This document shows positions 60,318 through 64,000 of a stretch of DNA of 64,000 bases, one piece after another (within the stretch, counting starts at the first letter, position 1; every line of letters begins with the position of its first letter). The position numbers were made by a program, and so were the translations under genes. The stretch covers positions 1,920,001 to 1,984,000 of the forward strand of contig CAXXSR010000001.1 in assembly GCA_963662615.2 (NCBI GenBank). The letters are read 5' to 3'. The DNA comes from Dehalococcoidia bacterium (GTDB taxonomy: Bacteria; Chloroflexota; Dehalococcoidia; Bin125). Under the pieces are notes generated by a model. That model did not search any database, was not told where the DNA came from, and saw only the letters and a list, made by a program, of their open reading frames with translations.

Positions 60318-61682
60318 TTGACGTGCAGGCCACCGACCCCGAGGGCGAGACGGAGGGCGGCGGCGGGGCCGCCGGGCCAGCGTACCGATGATGGGCCCGC
60401 GACGGAGGGCCGTGCTATCGCGTCACGGGAGGTCCCGGAGAGGATTGGGCAACTGAGCGACGCTCACGCGGGGGTCAGCGTCGGGCGCAGGCGATTCGTC
60501 GTTGTACTCGCCCTCTCGACCCTCCTGGCGATGAGTGCCTGGTTCTCGACGGGCGCCGTCGGCCCGGCCCTCACGGCCGAGCGCGGCTACACCAGCGCCG
60601 ACCTGATCTGGATGGCGGTCGCCGTGCAAGCGGGGTTCGTCATCGGTACGCTGACAGTGGCGCTGCTCTGCCTTCCCGATGTCTGGCGCCCCCAGCGGGT
60701 CTACTTCTTCGGTGCTCTCGGCGCAGGGATTGCGGCGCTGAGCTTGCTGCCCGACCAGACCGCTGGCGTGGCGATCGCGACGCGCGTGGCGCTGGGGTTC
60801 TCGCTGGCCGCCGTCTACCCGGTGGGGATGAAGCTGCTGGCCGGCTGGTACCGACGTGGGCGCGGCCTCATCCTCGGCGTCATGATCGGCGCCCTGGCGA
60901 TGGGCAGCGGCCTGCCGCATCTCTTCGGCTCGATCTTCGACCCGGACTGGGAGCCCGCCATCGCGGGGGCGGGGATCGCGACGCTCGTTAGCGGGATCCT
61001 CGTCCTGGCGTTCGTCCGCGAGGGACCGTTCATGGCGCCCCGCGCGCCTTTCCGACCGCGCTTCGCCCTCGACGTGATTCGTCAGCGCCCGACAGCGCTC
61101 GCCCTGAGCGGCTACCTGGGCCACATGTGGGAACTCTACGCGATGTGGACCTGGACGCCGGTCTTCCTCCTCGAGATTGTCGGCGAACGCGACTTCCTCA
61201 CCGGAACGTTCAGTCTCGCGGGCGTGCTCGCGTTCCTGGTTTTCGCGGTTGGGGCCGCCGGATGTGTGCTGGCGGGGGTGGCGTCAGAGCGCTGGGGCCG
61301 CACGAGGACCGCGTCGGCCGCGATGATCATGAGCGGCAGCATCGCCGCGTTCGTCGGCTTCCTGCCGGCGGGCGCGGACGAGCTGATCGTTGTCTTGGTG
61401 TTGATCTGGGGCTTCTCGGTCATCGCCGATTCGGCGGAGTTCTCGACAGCGATGTCGGAGCTGGCCGACCAGCGCTACATCGGCTCAGCGCTGAGCCTGC
61501 AGACGGCACTGGGTTTCGCGCTCACGATCGTTTCGATCCGCACGCTCCCGATCGTGGAAGATGCAGCGGGTTGGGGGGTCGCCTTTGCGATGCTGGCCGC
61601 TGGTCCGGCGCTGGGTACGGTGGCGATGCTGCGGCTCCGTTCCCTCCCTGAGGCGGTGCGGATGGCGGACGGGCGCCGCTAG
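60318..61682 (+). CDS. MFS transporter
   Basis: About 12 TMs, AVQAGFVIG, YPVGMK, GYLGHMWELYAMW, ADSAEFS; true start probably ~60440-60530. Confidence 0.88.
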   Translation: MTCRPPTPRARRRAAAGPPGQRTDDGPATEGRAIASREVPERIGQLSDAHAGVSVGRRRFVVVLALSTLLAMSAWFSTGAVGPALTAERGYTSADLIWMAVAVQAGFVIGTLTVALLCLPDVWRPQRVYFFGALGAGIAALSLLPDQTAGVAIATRVALGFSLAAVYPVGMKLLAGWYRRGRGLILGVMIGALAMGSGLPHLFGSIFDPDWEPAIAGAGIATLVSGILVLAFVREGPFMAPRAPFRPRFALDVIRQRPTALALSGYLGHMWELYAMWTWTPVFLLEIVGERDFLTGTFSLAGVLAFLVFAVGAAGCVLAGVASERWGRTRTASAAMIMSGSIAAFVGFLPAGADELIVVLVLIWGFSVIADSAEFSTAMSELADQRYIGSALSLQTALGFALTIVSIRTLPIVEDAAGWGVAFAMLAAGPALGTVAMLRLRSLPEAVRMADGRR

Positions 61683-61826
61683 GCGCCGCGGGGCAGGGGG
61701 CATTGAGAAGCGACTGGTCGGCTCTCAAGATTGGAGTCCGGGACGATCGGATTGGGAAGCAGGGGGTTCACGTCCGCCCCATTGTCGTACTGCCGCTAAC
61801 CCCAGGCAGGCTAGGATTCTCGCATC

Positions 61827-62400
61827 GTGGGCGATGAGACGTCGGCGACCATTCGCGTACGTGACGGCAGACAGCTCGGCTACGCCGAGTACGGCAATCC
61901 ACGCGGCGCGCCGGTGATGCACTTTCACGGCCATCCTGGGTCGCGACTGGAGGCGGCACTGCTCGAGAGGGCTGCTCAGGAAGTGAGGGTGCGAGTCATC
62001 GGCGTGGACCGGCCCGGCATGGGGCTTTCGACGCCCTTGGCGAAGCGGCGCTTGCTGGACTGGCCGGACGACGTCGTCGATCTCGCCGATGCCTTGGGGC
62101 TGGAGCGATTTGCGGTCGAGGGAATCTCGGGCGGCGGGCCCTACGCGATCGCGTGCGCAGCAGCGATCCCGGAGCGTCTGACGTCATGCGGCATTGGGGC
62201 CGGGGTCGGCCCGGTGGCCGACTTCGGAACCGCTGGGATGATGAGGGCGAATCGCATCCCGTTCTTCATCGCCCGTCGGTTGCCTGGGGTGCTGCGGCCG
62301 ACCTTCTGGCTCGTGCTCGGTCGGCACCGCGCCGCGGCCGACGACGAGGTGAAGCTCGACGCCCTCGCCACGCAGCTCGTCGGGAGCTTCCCGGCGGTCG
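61827..62400 (+). pseudogene. Alpha/beta hydrolase, C-terminally truncated
   Basis: RDGRQLGYAEYG..HGHPGS..DRPGMG..GISGGGP; after ~62400 the ORF reads the antisense of other genes. Confidence 0.7.
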
Positions 62401-62700
62401 AATGCCACGACCCCGCCGTTTTCGTCGGGGCCGCCAAGATGGATATGGGCTTGGGTGATGCCGGGAACGCTCACCGTGAGGTTGAACCGGATCTCGGTGC
62501 CGCCCTCCTCGCCCTCTCCCGTGAAGGCGCCGGTGCCATCGCTGGCGACCGGCGGCACGACCTGGTCTCCGGTGAGCTCGGCGTGGGGGAAGATTTCGTC
62601 GCCCAGCGGGGCCTGGGGCCCGAGCGGCGATGCCGCGAATGCCGCCGCGGCACCGAGCAGGATTACGACCGAGAGGGAGCTGGCAGTGAGGCGGGTCCAG
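62400..62700 (-). pseudogene. CHRD-domain secreted protein fragment
   Basis: LSVVILLGAAAAFAA..AELTGDQVVPPVASDGTG..ITQAHIHLG..NGGVV; second half of the domain missing. Confidence 0.65.
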
Positions 62701-62902
62701 CGCTGACGCGGAACGCTTGCGTACTTCCATCCGGGAAGGTGAATTGCGCGTGGGCGTCTGTGAGGTGGCTGCCGAGGCTGGCTGGGTGCCCGTGCATTAC
62801 TGACTTCTCGCGCGGGCCGTACTTGATCCTGAGCACGCCCACCTGGTCATTCTCAAACTCGACTGCGTAGTGATCGGGATCCACAACTACGGGATCATCC
62901 AT
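62663..62902 (-). pseudogene. Cupin-like protein, truncated
   Basis: MDDPVVVDPDHYAVEFENDQVGVLRIKYGPREKSVMHGHP..FTFPDG; lacks the second cupin His motif. Confidence 0.6.
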
Positions 62903-63207
62903 GGTCGTCTCCTTGGCCGCACACCGGGTGCACACATCGAATCAGGGGCGAAGTAGAGGGAGAACTGCCAAATCTCCAAAGGGTGCAGAACCCCAGCGAA
63001 CCGGCACGAGGCGCTCGCGCCCTCAACGAAGGGGCGGCGGATGGGGTAGCACCGGGGGGGCGCGGGCGGGAAGCGGGCCCGCGGCTGTAGTGTTGATGGG
63101 GCCCCTCACGCGCGCCACTGATTATCGCGAAGCGAGCCCGCTGTCCCCCAGCTTGACGAGCCCATGGCGCACGCCTAGTCTCCCACCCAGGAATTCGGAG
63201 GGACGAG

Positions 63208-63831
63208 ATGGCCTGGCGGCTAGAAGGCACCTTCCTCGAGAACTGCAACTGCGACATGGTCTGTCCCTGCACGACATCGGCAGGGTCCATCCCGGGGGAC
63301 TACGACCGCTGCCTTGTGTTCCAGGCGTTTCACGTCGCCGATGGGGAGATCGAAGGGGTGGACGTGAGCGGCAACACGGTCTTGATCCTCCGTGATACGC
63401 CGCCGCTCATGTCGGAGGGGAACTGGCGGGTCGGACTGATCATCGATGGCGACGCTTCCCAGGAGCAGGCCGACGCCTTGCAGCGCGTGTTCAGCGGGCA
63501 GGCCGGCGGGCTCTTTGCCTCCATGCAACCACTGGTGGGCGAGGATCTGGGAGTGGAGCGCGCGCCGATCGCCTACGCCGATGACGGGCGCCTCCACCGT
63601 GTCCGCGTGGACGACAACATCGATATCGATATCGAGATCGAGGACTTCGTGCCGCGCCGCCGAGGGCAGCCCGAAACCCGCGAGGTCTCGAAGTTGACCG
63701 GCCTGTTGCATCGGGTCAACTCGACGCTGACGATTGCGCGTGCCCAACGGGCCCGCGTGAAGGCGTTCGGGATGGAGTGGGACAACACGGGCAAGAACGG
63801 GCACTCAGCGCCCTTTTCCTGGAGCGTGTGA
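63208..63831 (+). CDS. DUF1326 domain protein
   Basis: WRLEG.FLENCNCDMVCPC..C..G.W..IID..ASQEQ..F.G..GG; GGAGG RBS. Confidence 0.85.
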   Translation: MAWRLEGTFLENCNCDMVCPCTTSAGSIPGDYDRCLVFQAFHVADGEIEGVDVSGNTVLILRDTPPLMSEGNWRVGLIIDGDASQEQADALQRVFSGQAGGLFASMQPLVGEDLGVERAPIAYADDGRLHRVRVDDNIDIDIEIEDFVPRRRGQPETREVSKLTGLLHRVNSTLTIARAQRARVKAFGMEWDNTGKNGHSAPFSWSV

Positions 63832-64000
63832 GCGCCATGGACCGCACACAGGAGAACCTGCCAGCGGGGTGGGGTGTCGCGGCACTACACGAGGACCTCC
63901 AATCCGCGCTCCGAGGCAGCGGCATCAGGGTCCGCGTTGAGGACCCCACAGGTCGCGCAGAAGCGTCCCTGGCCTCGTTGGGAGCCGCACCGGTCCCGTC

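Noticed and set aside
63619-63642. ATCGAT-type hexamer repeat (IDIDIEIE)
   Set aside because: Short in-frame coding microrepeat with no evident functional significance
63837-64000. Partial ORF after DUF1326, expected to be DUF2182
   Set aside because: The visible 54 codons show no hydrophobic DUF2182 features and cannot be assigned

Overview
High-GC bacterial chromosomal window. The gene content suggests Chloroflexota, probably Dehalococcoidia/SAR202-like (inference): an LLM oxidoreductase, an F420 PPOX protein, several enolase-superfamily/SDR/thiolase catabolic genes and a GAAC-N4-GTTC SOS box. No rRNA, tRNA, CRISPR array, transposase or prophage was found. From left to right it holds: (1) a SigK/RskA ECF pair upstream of a DUF4331 - TPR lipoprotein - Ni/Co-transporter-like operon, with a SigK-type promoter; (2) a decayed surface/exopolysaccharide locus (repeat-rich lipoprotein, XrtG-like exosortase, QueD-like protein, BcsA-like GT2, HDOD) next to a CHASE-PAS kinase and NarL/LuxR regulators; (3) catabolic genes; (4) a J-domain/flavin-reductase fusion followed by indoleamine 2,3-dioxygenase; (5) a LexA-boxed imuB / imuB-C / dnaE2 cassette lacking imuA; (6) ppdK, a two-component system, a Kelch lipoprotein with an in-frame TGA, an orphan nuoI and E. 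coli-type frdABCD; (7) a fused CydDC-like ABC exporter, and twin trypsin-like proteases with an atypical NarL regulator; (8) an LLM gene bracketed by a family of ~30-50-bp REP-like palindromes. Many frameshifts and heavily deleted gene remnants occur throughout, reflecting either genome erosion or assembly error. All family assignments come from motif recognition by eye, not from database searches.
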